Source: an uncultured Pelagibacteraceae bacterium (GTDB lineage Bacteria; Pseudomonadota; Alphaproteobacteria; Pelagibacterales; Pelagibacteraceae). Taken from it: a DNA stretch of 64,000 nt. Below, in pieces: positions 50,674 to 60,345 of the stretch. How positions within the stretch are numbered: the first letter of the stretch is position 1; each line of letters starts with the position of its first letter. Location of the stretch: the NCBI GenBank assembly GCA_902545635.1, contig CACCGT010000003.1:18416-82415 (forward strand), given 5' to 3'. Under the pieces are notes generated by a model. That model saw only the letters and a list, made by a program, of their open reading frames with translations. It was not told where the DNA came from and searched no databases. Both the position numbers and the translations under genes were made by a program.

Positions 50674-51858
50674 TTATCTTAATTTTCTTTTATGAAAGTT
50701 AATAAATCTTTCTACATTTGATTTATTAAAAGTTTTATTTTCTTCGAAAGAAACTTTTTTCATCGAGTAAGCATTACTGGAAGTTTGTCTTGATTGAATT
50801 GTAATATTTCCTTTATAAAGTTTAAGTTTTACTGATCCATTTACTTTATTTCTCTTTGAATCAATAATTTTTTGTAGTTTAAATCTTTCCTTTGAGTACC
50901 AATAGCCATTGTAAACAAGCTCTGCATATCTAGGCATAATCTCATCTTTTTTATGCATTGTATTTTTGTCTAGAGTAACAGATTCAATTGCTCTGTGAGC
51001 AAGAAGTAACAGTGTTCCTCCAGGAGTTTCATAAACACCTCTAGACTTTATTCCAATAAATCTATTTTCGACTAAATCCACTCTTCCTATTCCATTTCTT
51101 CCAGCTAATTGATTTAATTTATCCAAAACTTTTGCTGGAGATAATTTTTTTCCATTTAAACCAACAGGGTCACCATTTTTGTAATTAATAGTAATAAAGC
51201 TTGGTTTATTTGGAGCATTTTCAGGAGAAGTTGTTCTTTGAAAAATAAATTCAGGTGCAGAATTTTTAGGATTTTCTAAAACTTTTCCCTCTGTTGAAGT
51301 ATGAAATAAATTATCATCAACTGAGAAAGGTGGTGCACCTTTTTTATCTTTTGGAATGGGTATTCCATGTTTTTTTGCATAATTAATTAGGTCTGTTCTT
51401 GATTTTAATTTCCAAATTCTCCATGGCGCAATTATTTTAATTTTAGGACCAAAGTAATGATATCCCAATTCAAATCTAACTTGATCATTTCCTTTTCCTG
51501 TCGAACCATGTGAGACAGCATAAGCATTAAATTTTTTAGCAACCCTGATTTGATCTTTTGCAATCAGTGGTCTTGCAATGGATGTCCCTAATAAATAAAC
51601 ACCCTCATAAAGAGCGTGACCTCTTATCATAGGATATACATAATCATTAACAAAAATATTTTTTAGATCTTGGATTATGATTTTTTTAACTCCCAATTTT
51701 TTTGCATTATTAATTATTTTTTTTCTATCCATTTCCTGCCCAACATCAGCAGTGTATGCTATAACTTCAGCATCATAATTTTCTTGAAGCCATTTAAGAA
51801 TGATAGACGTATCCAAACCACCTGAATAGGCGAGTACAATCTTCTTTTGTTTTTTCAT
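50674..51858 (-). CDS. argG: Argininosuccinate synthase
   Basis: LAYSGGLDTS, GTSIARP, HGSTGKGNDQVRF, KSRGVYETPG. Confidence 0.98.
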   Translation of the reverse strand: MKKQKKIVLAYSGGLDTSIILKWLQENYDAEVIAYTADVGQEMDRKKIINNAKKLGVKKIIIQDLKNIFVNDYVYPMIRGHALYEGVYLLGTSIARPLIAKDQIRVAKKFNAYAVSHGSTGKGNDQVRFELGYHYFGPKIKIIAPWRIWKLKSRTDLINYAKKHGIPIPKDKKGAPPFSVDDNLFHTSTEGKVLENPKNSAPEFIFQRTTSPENAPNKPSFITINYKNGDPVGLNGKKLSPAKVLDKLNQLAGRNGIGRVDLVENRFIGIKSRGVYETPGGTLLLLAHRAIESVTLDKNTMHKKDEIMPRYAELVYNGYWYSKERFKLQKIIDSKRNKVNGSVKLKLYKGNITIQSRQTSSNAYSMKKVSFEENKTFNKSNVERFINFHKRKLR

Positions 51859-52371
51859 TTAAGTGCAGCTTTTTTTTGCAGCGTTATAAGCTTTGGTAAA
51901 ACCCATCAATGAATAGTCATCTGTAGTTCTTGTGCCACTTTGTTTGTAGGCTGTTATCATCAGCCTTGAGGCCTTTTTCATTCTTTTAATAATTTTTTGC
52001 TCTGTTTTTCCACTTGAAATCCATGCAAATTTATTTTGTGGTAAGTCAAACTCAAATTTTGATTTTCCAGATGAAGCTAATATTGCATTTTGAACATTAA
52101 AGTCATAACCAGAAGTTATGCTCACTTCATCTGAAATCTTATCCTCAGGTCTAAAGGATACAAATAATCTTGCTTCTCTGTTGCTTGCTTTAGGAGACTG
52201 GCTTACTGGGATTGAATAAGCAAAACAGATTTTTCCAGTTTCATTAAAAACTGCGACAGCATTCCAATCTTTAAAAGTACCTAACTTTGTTAAGTCTTCT
52301 GATTTTACAGATGAGATTATAAATACTGTTAATATAAGTGTTTTTAAAAATAATTTTTTAATTATGGACAT
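51859..52371 (-). CDS. IalB-like exported protein
   Basis: Signal peptide, G.FKDW, KICFA, D.YSLMGFTKAY, terminal Cys. Confidence 0.75.
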   Translation of the reverse strand: MSIIKKLFLKTLILTVFIISSVKSEDLTKLGTFKDWNAVAVFNETGKICFAYSIPVSQSPKASNREARLFVSFRPEDKISDEVSITSGYDFNVQNAILASSGKSKFEFDLPQNKFAWISSGKTEQKIIKRMKKASRLMITAYKQSGTRTTDDYSLMGFTKAYNAAKKSCT

Positions 52372-53396
52372 GGATTAGGATATTTTTTTTGTACATTATT
52401 TATTTCTTTAATTACTTCACTATCAAGATTCACTTTTACACTTTCTACGTTAGTTTTCAACTGCTCCATAGTTGTTGCTCCAATTATCACACTCGTCATA
52501 AAGTCTTGGACTTCACAGAATTTTATGGACATTTGACTCATATCTAGATCATATTTCTGACTAATTTTGTAATAATCTTCAACTGCATTTTCCATATTTG
52601 GCTTTCTATATCTTGTCCAAAAATCAAAATCTCTCTCCATTCTTGAGCCTTTAGGAAACTGTTTATTTCTATATTTCCCACTTAGATAACCACTTGCAAG
52701 TGGTGAATAAGCTAAACATCCAATGTTCTCTCTTATTGATACTTCAGCTAGCCCTACTTCATAAGATCTATTTAGAAGACTGTATGGGTTTTGAATTGCC
52801 ATCATTCTTGGAAGGCGCTTATCTTTTGCAAGTTGAAGATAATTCATCACCCCCCATGGAGTTTCATTTGACAAACCAACATATCTAATTTTGCCTTGTT
52901 CAATAAATTTTTTTAAGTTCTCCAAAACATCTTCAAATTTGTTCCAGTCATTTTCTTTGTGCTCGTAACCCAATTTTCCAAAATTATTTACGTTTCTTTC
53001 AGGCCAATGTAATTGATAAAGATCAATATAATCGGTTTTTAATCTTTTGAGACTTCCGTGAAGAGCATCCTCTAAGTTTTTTCCAGTAAAACTATTTTCT
53101 CCATTTCTCATATATTTTCTGCTAGGGCCACCCACTTTGGATGCTAGTATTATATCTTTTCTTTTTTTTGTTTCCTCAAACCAATTTCCAATAATAGTTT
53201 CTGTATGACCATATGTTTCAGCTTTTGGTGGAACTGCATAGAGTTCAGCCGTATCCCAAAAATTAACCCCATTTTCTAAAGAGTAATTCATTTGTTCAAA
53301 TGCCTCACTTTGGGTATTTTGTTCACCCCAAGTCATTGTCCCAAGACAGATTGTGCTCACATTTATGTCAGTATTTCCTAGTTTTTTATAATTCAT
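52362..53396 (-). CDS. Aldo/keto reductase (Tas-like)
   Basis: LGTMTWG, DTAELY, SLKRLKTDYIDLYQLHWP, GLSNE, YSPLASG. Confidence 0.93.
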   Translation of the reverse strand: MNYKKLGNTDINVSTICLGTMTWGEQNTQSEAFEQMNYSLENGVNFWDTAELYAVPPKAETYGHTETIIGNWFEETKKRKDIILASKVGGPSRKYMRNGENSFTGKNLEDALHGSLKRLKTDYIDLYQLHWPERNVNNFGKLGYEHKENDWNKFEDVLENLKKFIEQGKIRYVGLSNETPWGVMNYLQLAKDKRLPRMMAIQNPYSLLNRSYEVGLAEVSIRENIGCLAYSPLASGYLSGKYRNKQFPKGSRMERDFDFWTRYRKPNMENAVEDYYKISQKYDLDMSQMSIKFCEVQDFMTSVIIGATTMEQLKTNVESVKVNLDSEVIKEINNVQKKYPNPCP

Positions 53397-53436
53397 GCTC
53401 AGTTATACGTAATGTTTGTTACATTTATTTTGACGA

Positions 53437-53465
53437 CTTGAAAATCTCAAAAAAAAAACTTATAT
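53437..53465 (+). promoter_or_regulatory. RpoH-type promoter of the YccA gene
   Basis: CTTGAA-N16-CTTATAT ending 7 nt before the ATG. Confidence 0.55.
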
Positions 53466-53472
53466 AAATATT

Positions 53473-54231
53473 ATGGAATTCAATAAAGAAAATATTCTAA
53501 GAAAAGCAACTACAGCTAAACAAACAGTTGTTATGGATGAAGGCCTAAGAGCCTACATGTTAAAAGTCTATAATTATATGGCAACCGGTGTATTGCTTAC
53601 TGGTATAATTGCACTTTTATCGTTTAAAATGTCTGTTGTAACAGACCCAAATGGTGCGATTGTTGGACTAACTGAATTCGGAAGTGCAATTTATTTATCT
53701 GGGTTAAAATGGATTGTTATGTTGGCTCCTTTAGGTATTGTGTTCTACATGAGCTTTGGCATAAATAAAATGAGTGCATCAAGGGCTCAAACTACTTTTT
53801 GGGTATTTGCAGCTTTAATGGGATTATCACTTTCATCAATTTTACTAGTTTACACAGGTTTGAGTGTAACAAGAGTATTCTTTATTTCTTCAGCAACTTT
53901 TGGTGCTATGAGTATTTATGGTTACACAACAAAAAGAGACTTAACCAAGATGGGATCTTTTTTAATAATGGGTTTAATCGGGATCATAATTGCATCAATA
54001 GTCAATATATTCTTAAAATCATCAATGATGTATTTCGCAATATCAATAATTGGTGTTTTGGTATTTGTTGGTTTAACTGCATACGATACGCAAAAGATCA
54101 AAAATATGTATGCTGCATCTGATAGCGGTGAGTTAATGGGTAAAAAAGCGGTAATGGGTGCCCTAACTTTATACCTAGACTTTATAAATCTTTTTATAAT
54201 GCTTTTAAGATTATTTGGTCAAAGAAGATAA
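53473..54231 (+). CDS. Bax inhibitor-1/YccA family membrane protein
   Basis: DEGLRAYM.KVY, YGYTTKRDL, YDTQKIK, GALTLYLDFINLF. Confidence 0.95.
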   Translation: MEFNKENILRKATTAKQTVVMDEGLRAYMLKVYNYMATGVLLTGIIALLSFKMSVVTDPNGAIVGLTEFGSAIYLSGLKWIVMLAPLGIVFYMSFGINKMSASRAQTTFWVFAALMGLSLSSILLVYTGLSVTRVFFISSATFGAMSIYGYTTKRDLTKMGSFLIMGLIGIIIASIVNIFLKSSMMYFAISIIGVLVFVGLTAYDTQKIKNMYAASDSGELMGKKAVMGALTLYLDFINLFIMLLRLFGQRR

Positions 54232-54234
54232 GGC

Positions 54235-54573
54235 CTAAATTTTTTTCCAATCAACTTTATTTAAGAGTATTTTTAAATCGTAAGAATTTTTTAAAATTTT
54301 ACCATTAGTATCTGTAATTAAATATTTAAGATTTTTGTTCGATGGTTTAAAATTTTTACAAATTTTATAAATTGCTTTTTCAGCTGCGTTTTTAAAAACG
54401 CTAAAACTTACCTGTTTTCCAGAAATAGAAAGACCATAATCTTTCCAATTTCCCGACGAAACCATTTTTGCGTAAAGATCTAAAATAATTTTTAACTCAG
54501 TTCTTTCAAAAAAAAGTTTTTTGTTTTCATCTTTATTTACATTATTTACTACTAGCTTTAAGTTTCTATTCAT
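54235..54573 (-). CDS. DUF2794-family protein
   Basis: F.RTEL..IL.LY..MV..G.WKDY, FSVF. Confidence 0.8.
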   Translation of the reverse strand: MNRNLKLVVNNVNKDENKKLFFERTELKIILDLYAKMVSSGNWKDYGLSISGKQVSFSVFKNAAEKAIYKICKNFKPSNKNLKYLITDTNGKILKNSYDLKILLNKVDWKKI

Positions 54574-55117
54574 TTAATTTATATTTGTTTATCAGACCAA
54601 TTTGAAATGCAGTAAAAATAAAGGTTATAGGCAACATACCCCATACTTTAAAGTTAACCCAGAATTCTTCAGATTGAGTTCTCCATATTATTTCATTTAA
54701 TATTGCCAGTCCAAAAAAGAAGTATGTCCATCTTTTATTTAAAATCTCCCATCCTTCATCACTTAACGGCATAGATTTCCCTAGTAATTTTTTTAAAACT
54801 GGTTCGTTGGTGAAGTATTTTCCGAACATTAATGCAAGACCAAACAAAATATTTATTATTGTTGGTTTCATGTAGATAAATATAGGATCATCAAAATAAA
54901 TTGTTAAACCACCAAATAGTGTAATTAATATTCCACTAATTAGTGGTACTTTTGGAATTGTTTTTTCAACAATCCACATAATCAAAACTGCTATAATAGT
55001 TGCAACTATAAGTGGAGGTATTGCAACAATTAAGTTTTTGTCATTATTATAATAAAAATAAAAAAATATTACTAAAGGCCCTAAATCAGTAACAAATTTT
55101 AAAACAGATTTATTCAC
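54566..55117 (-). CDS. yciB: Inner membrane septation protein A (YciB/IspZ)
   Basis: Likely GTG start 55117; DLGPL..FF, FGGLT, KPTII, NEIIWR, WVNFKVWG. Confidence 0.9.
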   Translation of the reverse strand: MNKSVLKFVTDLGPLVIFFYFYYNNDKNLIVAIPPLIVATIIAVLIMWIVEKTIPKVPLISGILITLFGGLTIYFDDPIFIYMKPTIINILFGLALMFGKYFTNEPVLKKLLGKSMPLSDEGWEILNKRWTYFFFGLAILNEIIWRTQSEEFWVNFKVWGMLPITFIFTAFQIGLINKYKLNE

Positions 55118-55159
55118 TGCTACATAATAGCAGAATAATAAAACAATCATATTTTTTTT

Positions 55160-55187
55160 ATTGATTTTTATTTTTAAATATCCATAT
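55160..55187 (+). promoter_or_regulatory. RpoH-like promoter of hspQ
   Basis: ATTGAT-N15-TCCATAT ending 7 nt before the GTG. Confidence 0.45.
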
Positions 55188-55194
55188 TTATTAT

Positions 55195-55515
55195 GTGACT
55201 ATTCAAAAAGGAAAATTTTCAATTGGAGACGTTGTAAAACATAAGCACTTCGACTTTAGAGGTGTAATTTATGATGTAGATTTTGAGTTTAATAACTCAG
55301 AGGAGTGGTATCAATCTATACCAAAAAACGTTAGACCTAGAAAAGACCAACCTTTCTATCATTTGTTAGCTGAGAATGATGAAATAACATACGAAGCATA
55401 TGTTTCTGAGCAAAATCTATTAGTAGATGACTCTGATGAGCCCATTAAACACCCATTAATAAATGAAATATTTTCAGGAAAAAGAGGCTCTAGTTATTTC
55501 AAGCCCTCTAACTAG
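55195..55515 (+). CDS. hspQ: Heat shock protein HspQ (YccV domain)
   Basis: KFSIGDVVKH, RGVIYDVD, RPRKDQPFYHLLAEN, AYVSEQNL. Confidence 0.93.
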   Translation: MTIQKGKFSIGDVVKHKHFDFRGVIYDVDFEFNNSEEWYQSIPKNVRPRKDQPFYHLLAENDEITYEAYVSEQNLLVDDSDEPIKHPLINEIFSGKRGSSYFKPSN

Positions 55516-55581
55516 ACACAATTACATCATTTAAACACATTTCGTGCAAATCTTCGACATACATGAAGGTTAGAATATTTA

Positions 55582-55651
55582 GGTATTTTGACCAAGGATG
55601 CTTAATTTATCCATTTATTTATCTCCCTCTGTGTTCTTGGTCAGAATAACC
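55582..55651 (+). ncRNA. Candidate structured RNA (long hairpin)
   Basis: Arms 55582-55601 and 55631-55651 form 20 bp with four G-U pairs and one bulge; 29-nt pyrimidine-rich loop; TAGAAT at 55571-55576. Confidence 0.5.
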
Positions 55652-55701
55652 CAGCATAAAAATTTTCAAAATTTTTTAATTTGATATAGATAACTAAAAA
55701 A

Positions 55702-56409
55702 ATGTTAAATTATATTAAACCAAAAAACCTAATTCAGATTATCAATAGATCTCAAAAATTTGTTTTCATCGTATTTATTTTAATCTTAATTCTTGGACTT
55801 GTTGAAGCTTTAATCCTTTCACCAGAGGATTATAAACAAAGTGACTCTGTTAGAATTATGTACGTACACGTTCCTGCTGCTTGGATCTCACTAGGAATTT
55901 TTTCATTAATATCAGTTTTATCTTTCGGTATTATTATTTTTAAAAATAAGGATTTTTCACTAATTACTAAAAGTTTAGCTCCATCAGGATTTGTCTTTAA
56001 TATAATCGCTCTAGTTACCGGATCAATATGGGGAAAACCTACCTGGGGAACGTGGTGGGCATGGGATGCAAGAATTACATCCATGTTATTATTAGCAATA
56101 TTCTATTTAATGTTTATTTTGTCTTGGAGAATTGCGGGAACTGAGGATAAAGCTGTAAAATTAAGTTCCTATATTGCTATATTTGGAGTTATTAATGTTC
56201 CAATTATTAAATTTTCTGTCGATTGGTGGTCTACTCTTCATCAACCAGCTTCAATAAATCTACTTAAAGAAACAACAATTCATTCATCAATGCTGCTTCC
56301 TTTGGGAATAATGACTGCGGCATTTGCACTTTTTTCACTTTTGATATTTTTGATGAAATATAATACAGAACTGATAAAAATTAAGAATAAAGGTTTAGAT
56401 AGATTATGA
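55702..56409 (+). CDS. ccmC: Heme exporter protein CcmC
   Basis: RIMYVHVP, WGKPTWGTWWAWDAR, WWSTLHQ. Confidence 0.96.
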   Translation: MLNYIKPKNLIQIINRSQKFVFIVFILILILGLVEALILSPEDYKQSDSVRIMYVHVPAAWISLGIFSLISVLSFGIIIFKNKDFSLITKSLAPSGFVFNIIALVTGSIWGKPTWGTWWAWDARITSMLLLAIFYLMFILSWRIAGTEDKAVKLSSYIAIFGVINVPIIKFSVDWWSTLHQPASINLLKETTIHSSMLLPLGIMTAAFALFSLLIFLMKYNTELIKIKNKGLDRL

Positions 56410-56639
56410 TTCAAGACGTTTTATACATGAATGGGTACGGCTTATACGTATGGTCTTCTTTTGTGTTTACTTTATCTTGTTTTTGGATTTTACATTCAAT
56501 TATTAAGCTTCAGTTAATTAAAGAGCAGAAAAAATTTGAAGCAAAATTTGAAAGTTTAGATATAGAGAAAGTTGAAAAAGCAAAAAAACAAGAAACTTTC
56601 AAAGAAATTTTAGCTACTTCATCAGTTTCTAAGATTTAA
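56406..56639 (+). CDS. ccmD: Heme exporter protein CcmD
   Basis: M.GYG.YVW, TM plus charged tail; between ccmC and ccmE. Confidence 0.85.
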   Translation: MIQDVLYMNGYGLYVWSSFVFTLSCFWILHSIIKLQLIKEQKKFEAKFESLDIEKVEKAKKQETFKEILATSSVSKI

Positions 56640-56651
56640 TTACTTATTTTC

Positions 56652-57071
56652 ATGTATGGTAAAAAAGTAAAATTAAGAGCTGTTTTTATATTATCAATAT
56701 TTATTTCTTTAATTCTAGTTTCTTTTTTAATTATAAAATCACTGGAAGAAAATGTAGTTTATTTTAAATCACCAACAGAAATCAAAGTACTTTCTGAAAT
56801 CACAAAAAAAAAAATTAGAGTAGGTGGAATGGTAAAAAAAAATTCAATTAATATAAATCAATCTGAAGTAAATTTTGTGATTACTGATTTTAAAAACGAG
56901 CTTATAGTAAATTATAAAGGCTCAATACCAAATTTGTTTGAGGAAGAAAAAGGAGTTGTCGCTGAGGGATTTCTTCAAGACAGAAATTACTTTAAGGCGG
57001 TGAAAATTTTGGCAAAGCATGATGAAAACTATATGCCCCCTGAGGTAGCAGAATCTTTAAAAGAAAATTAG
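56652..57071 (+). CDS. ccmE: Heme chaperone CcmE
   Basis: [29 protein letters not shown]. Confidence 0.96.
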   Translation: MYGKKVKLRAVFILSIFISLILVSFLIIKSLEENVVYFKSPTEIKVLSEITKKKIRVGGMVKKNSININQSEVNFVITDFKNELIVNYKGSIPNLFEEEKGVVAEGFLQDRNYFKAVKILAKHDENYMPPEVAESLKEN

Positions 57072-57072
57072 A

Positions 57073-58944
57073 ATGGTCAATCAACTAGGCAATTACTCTT
57101 TATATATAGCTTTATTAATTTCGATTTTTATAATTATAAAAACTTCATTATCATTTAGGAATTCTTCTAATGTTTTGAGTGGCAATATTTTTTCGTTAAT
57201 ATCTGTACAATCTTTAATGGTTATAATTAGTTTTCTAACTTTAATTTATGCTTTTGTAACATCAGACTTTAGTAACGAGACTGTTTACAATAACTCTCAT
57301 ACTACAAAACCCCTATTCTATAAAATTTCTGGGACATGGGGTAATCATGAGGGAAGTTTGCTTTTATGGTTATTAGTTTTAACGATTTTTTTATTTTTGT
57401 TTACAATAGACTCAAAAAATCTTTCTCAAAGATACAGAACTCTTACATTATTTTTTCAGGAAATTATAATTTTTGGTTTTCTTCTATTTATACTTTACAC
57501 ATCCAATCCTTTTGCGAATATATTTCCAATTCCTCCTGAAGGAACAGGATTAAATCCAATACTCCAAGATCCTGCTTTAGCAATTCATCCTCCCATTTTA
57601 TATTTAGGTTATGTTGGAACATCTATTATATTCTCATCCGCTCTAGGTGCAATTATCTCTGGCTCTGTTAATAAATCTTGGGCAAGTCACATTAAAAGAT
57701 GGGTTTTAATTTCGTGGGTATTTTTATCTATTGGTATTCTCTTAGGATCTATATGGGCGTATTATGAATTAGGATGGGGAGGTTTTTGGTTTTGGGACCC
57801 TGTTGAAAATGTATCACTAATGCCTTGGCTTTGCCTGACAGCACTATTACACACAGTTTTTACTTTAGAGAAACGAGGAACATTTCAATCATGGGCAATA
57901 ATTTTATCAATTACAACTTTCTCATTAAGTATGAGTGGAACTTTTTTAGTTAGATCTGGAATTTTAAATTCAATTCATACTTTTGCAAATGATCCATCAC
58001 GTGGAGTGTTTATTTTGTGTTTTTTATTTGTATTAATTCTTATCTCTATATTTATTTATTTTTTTTATCAAAAAACTATTACAGTCAGCTCAACCAAAAC
58101 TTTTTTAGTAAGTAAAGAAACTGCTGTATTAGTTAATAATCTATTCATGATGTTTTTTTTATCAGTAGTTTTGATTGGTACAGTTTATCCGATTTTTTTA
58201 GAGGTAATTAACAATGAAAAAATTTCGATCGGACCACCTTTTTACCATAAATTAATTATCCCATTCTTAATTCCATTTTTATTTTTTATGGCAATCGGAC
58301 CCAATATTAAATGGATAAAAGATAAGATGGGAAAGATTAATTTAAAAGATATCTTTATCTTTATAATATCAATAATAATTTCTTATATTTTTGTAAATAA
58401 ATTTGGCGTTTCTTATCTTCTATCTCTTCCTCTATTTATTTTCAGTTTATTTTTATTTTTTGTGACAATTAGAGATTTTTTCGGAAAAAATATTAATATA
58501 TCTCAAAAAATCTCTCATTTTGGTTTCAGTCTGTTAATTTTAAGTATTTTATTAAATGGTGTATTGGCCAAAGAACATTCATCAAACATGAGAGTTGGAG
58601 ATGAAATAAAATTTTTAGATAAAATAATTCAATTTCAAAATATTGAAGTAATTAAAAAACAAAATTATCAAACATTAATTGGCAAATTTAGTATTGTTGA
58701 TAAAAATAATTCATTAAGTTTAAAACCTGAAATTAGAATTTATGACCAACCTGAAACCATTACCAGTGAAGCTGATATTTCCTCTACAATTTTCGCAGAT
58801 AATTTTTTAGTATTTAATATAATTAAAAACGATGGTTTTTATAATGTGCGATATCAAATTAAACCATTTATGATTTGGATTTGGATTTCAGTATTATTAA
58901 TTTCATTGGGTGGGATATTAAGCTTAAAGAAAAAAAATGTCTAA
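57073..58944 (+). CDS. ccmF: Cytochrome c heme lyase CcmF
   Basis: WGNHEGS, GLNPILQ, HPP.LY.GY, WAYYELGWGGFWFWDPVEN. Confidence 0.97.
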   Translation: MVNQLGNYSLYIALLISIFIIIKTSLSFRNSSNVLSGNIFSLISVQSLMVIISFLTLIYAFVTSDFSNETVYNNSHTTKPLFYKISGTWGNHEGSLLLWLLVLTIFLFLFTIDSKNLSQRYRTLTLFFQEIIIFGFLLFILYTSNPFANIFPIPPEGTGLNPILQDPALAIHPPILYLGYVGTSIIFSSALGAIISGSVNKSWASHIKRWVLISWVFLSIGILLGSIWAYYELGWGGFWFWDPVENVSLMPWLCLTALLHTVFTLEKRGTFQSWAIILSITTFSLSMSGTFLVRSGILNSIHTFANDPSRGVFILCFLFVLILISIFIYFFYQKTITVSSTKTFLVSKETAVLVNNLFMMFFLSVVLIGTVYPIFLEVINNEKISIGPPFYHKLIIPFLIPFLFFMAIGPNIKWIKDKMGKINLKDIFIFIISIIISYIFVNKFGVSYLLSLPLFIFSLFLFFVTIRDFFGKNINISQKISHFGFSLLILSILLNGVLAKEHSSNMRVGDEIKFLDKIIQFQNIEVIKKQNYQTLIGKFSIVDKNNSLSLKPEIRIYDQPETITSEADISSTIFADNFLVFNIIKNDGFYNVRYQIKPFMIWIWISVLLISLGGILSLKKKNV

Positions 58945-59461
58945 AAATATAAAATTAATCAGTATAGTTTTATTTGCACTGTTTTCTTTTTTTATACTCT
59001 TAAAGGGGTTAGACAAATCAAATATTTATTCTCCAGAAATTAAAGAGAGCAATGTTGATTTCAATTTTAAAGCAAAATATCTTTTTTCTGAAGAAGAAGT
59101 TTTTATAAATGAACTACTAAATAATGAAGGTATGTCTTTAATTAATATATGGGCTTCCTGGTGTTCACCTTGTCGGGATGAGCATGCGTATTTATTAAAT
59201 TTAAAATCTTTAAACAAATTAAGTATTATAGGTATTAATTATAAAGACGATGAAAAAAATGCTAAACAATTTCTTAGTGAACTTGGAAATCCTTATACAA
59301 ATATAATTACTGACCCCAAAGGGATTAATTCAATTGAATTTGGTGCTTTTGGTGTACCTGAATCTTATTTGATTGAAAATAAATCTAAATTGATTATTCA
59401 AAAATTTATTGGTCCTTTAGATGATAAGGCATTTGCAAAAATTATTAATATAGTTCAATGA
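58937..59461 (+). CDS. ccmG: Thiol:disulfide oxidoreductase CcmG/DsbE
   Basis: NIWASWCSPCRDEH, GINYKD, GVPE. Confidence 0.93.
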   Translation: MSKNIKLISIVLFALFSFFILLKGLDKSNIYSPEIKESNVDFNFKAKYLFSEEEVFINELLNNEGMSLINIWASWCSPCRDEHAYLLNLKSLNKLSIIGINYKDDEKNAKQFLSELGNPYTNIITDPKGINSIEFGAFGVPESYLIENKSKLIIQKFIGPLDDKAFAKIINIVQ

Positions 59462-59823
59462 AAAAGATGAAAATTTTATTCAGATTACTAATTATTTTAT
59501 TATTCTTTCAAAATTATTCTTTAGCTGAGACCTCTCAAGAAGTTGATAAAATTTCGAAAAATCTAAGATGCTTAATTTGCCAAGGACAATCAGTTTATGA
59601 CTCTCAATCGGATTTTGCATTAAGTATGAAAATTCTAATACAAAATAAAATTGATGAAGGTAAAAATGATGAACAAATCTATGAATATCTTAAAGCTAAA
59701 TATGGCGAATGGATAGTTTATGATCCAGAAGTTAATAAAAATACAATTTTACTGTGGGTATTACCTTTGATTTTGTTTGTTTTTGGCGGTATTCTAATTT
59801 TCAGAAAAGTATCTATAAAGTAG
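59458..59823 (+). CDS. ccmH: Cytochrome c biogenesis protein CcmH
   Basis: LRCLICQ, YGEW, LLWVLP. Confidence 0.93.
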   Translation: MKKMKILFRLLIILLFFQNYSLAETSQEVDKISKNLRCLICQGQSVYDSQSDFALSMKILIQNKIDEGKNDEQIYEYLKAKYGEWIVYDPEVNKNTILLWVLPLILFVFGGILIFRKVSIK

Positions 59824-59835
59824 ATAAAAATTTTT

Positions 59836-60336
59836 ATGCAAATTTTTTTAAAAATATTTTTAATTTATTTTTTACTAGTATTTAATCTAGCGAAAGCAGA
59901 TGGACATAATTCTAATGAAAATTGGAGTTTTTATACTGGTACTTTTGATTTTAGTGATGATGGAAAAAAAGCTACCTTATTTGGTGTACAACATATCAAT
60001 ACTGGAAAAAATAAAGAGAGTTTTTTAGGAACACTTCAACCAGTAACGGGTTTAATGGTAACAGCTGATAATGCTGCATATATTTATACAGGTTTTCAGA
60101 TTTACAATGATGGCCCTTTGAAATTTACTCCTAGTTTCACACCTGGATTATATTCTAAAGGTGATGGGAAGGATTTAGGCCACGTAATAGAATTTAAAAC
60201 AGAGATACAAATTTCATATGAATTTTCATCAAATAGCGAAATAGCAGTCTCATATAATCATATATCTAATGCTAGTCTTGGAGATAAGAATCCTGGGGCA
60301 AATAGTTATATGTTTAATTATATTAAAAAATTTTAA
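59836..60336 (+). CDS. PagL-like lipid A deacylase (acyloxyacyl hydrolase) beta-barrel
   Basis: Signal peptide, GKDLG..IEF, HISNA, NPG.N, terminal Phe. Confidence 0.8.
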   Translation: MQIFLKIFLIYFLLVFNLAKADGHNSNENWSFYTGTFDFSDDGKKATLFGVQHINTGKNKESFLGTLQPVTGLMVTADNAAYIYTGFQIYNDGPLKFTPSFTPGLYSKGDGKDLGHVIEFKTEIQISYEFSSNSEIAVSYNHISNASLGDKNPGANSYMFNYIKKF

Positions 60337-60345
60337 TTTAAGTAT

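Noticed and set aside
55579-55614. 11-codon minus-strand ORF MDKLSILGQNT as a standalone CDS
   Set aside because: Too short to support, and G-U polarity favours a plus-strand RNA; kept only as an alternative in the sRNA finding.
55702-59823. Absence of ccmAB from the ccm cluster
   Set aside because: ccm genes are often split across loci in alphaproteobacteria; absence cannot be judged from one window.
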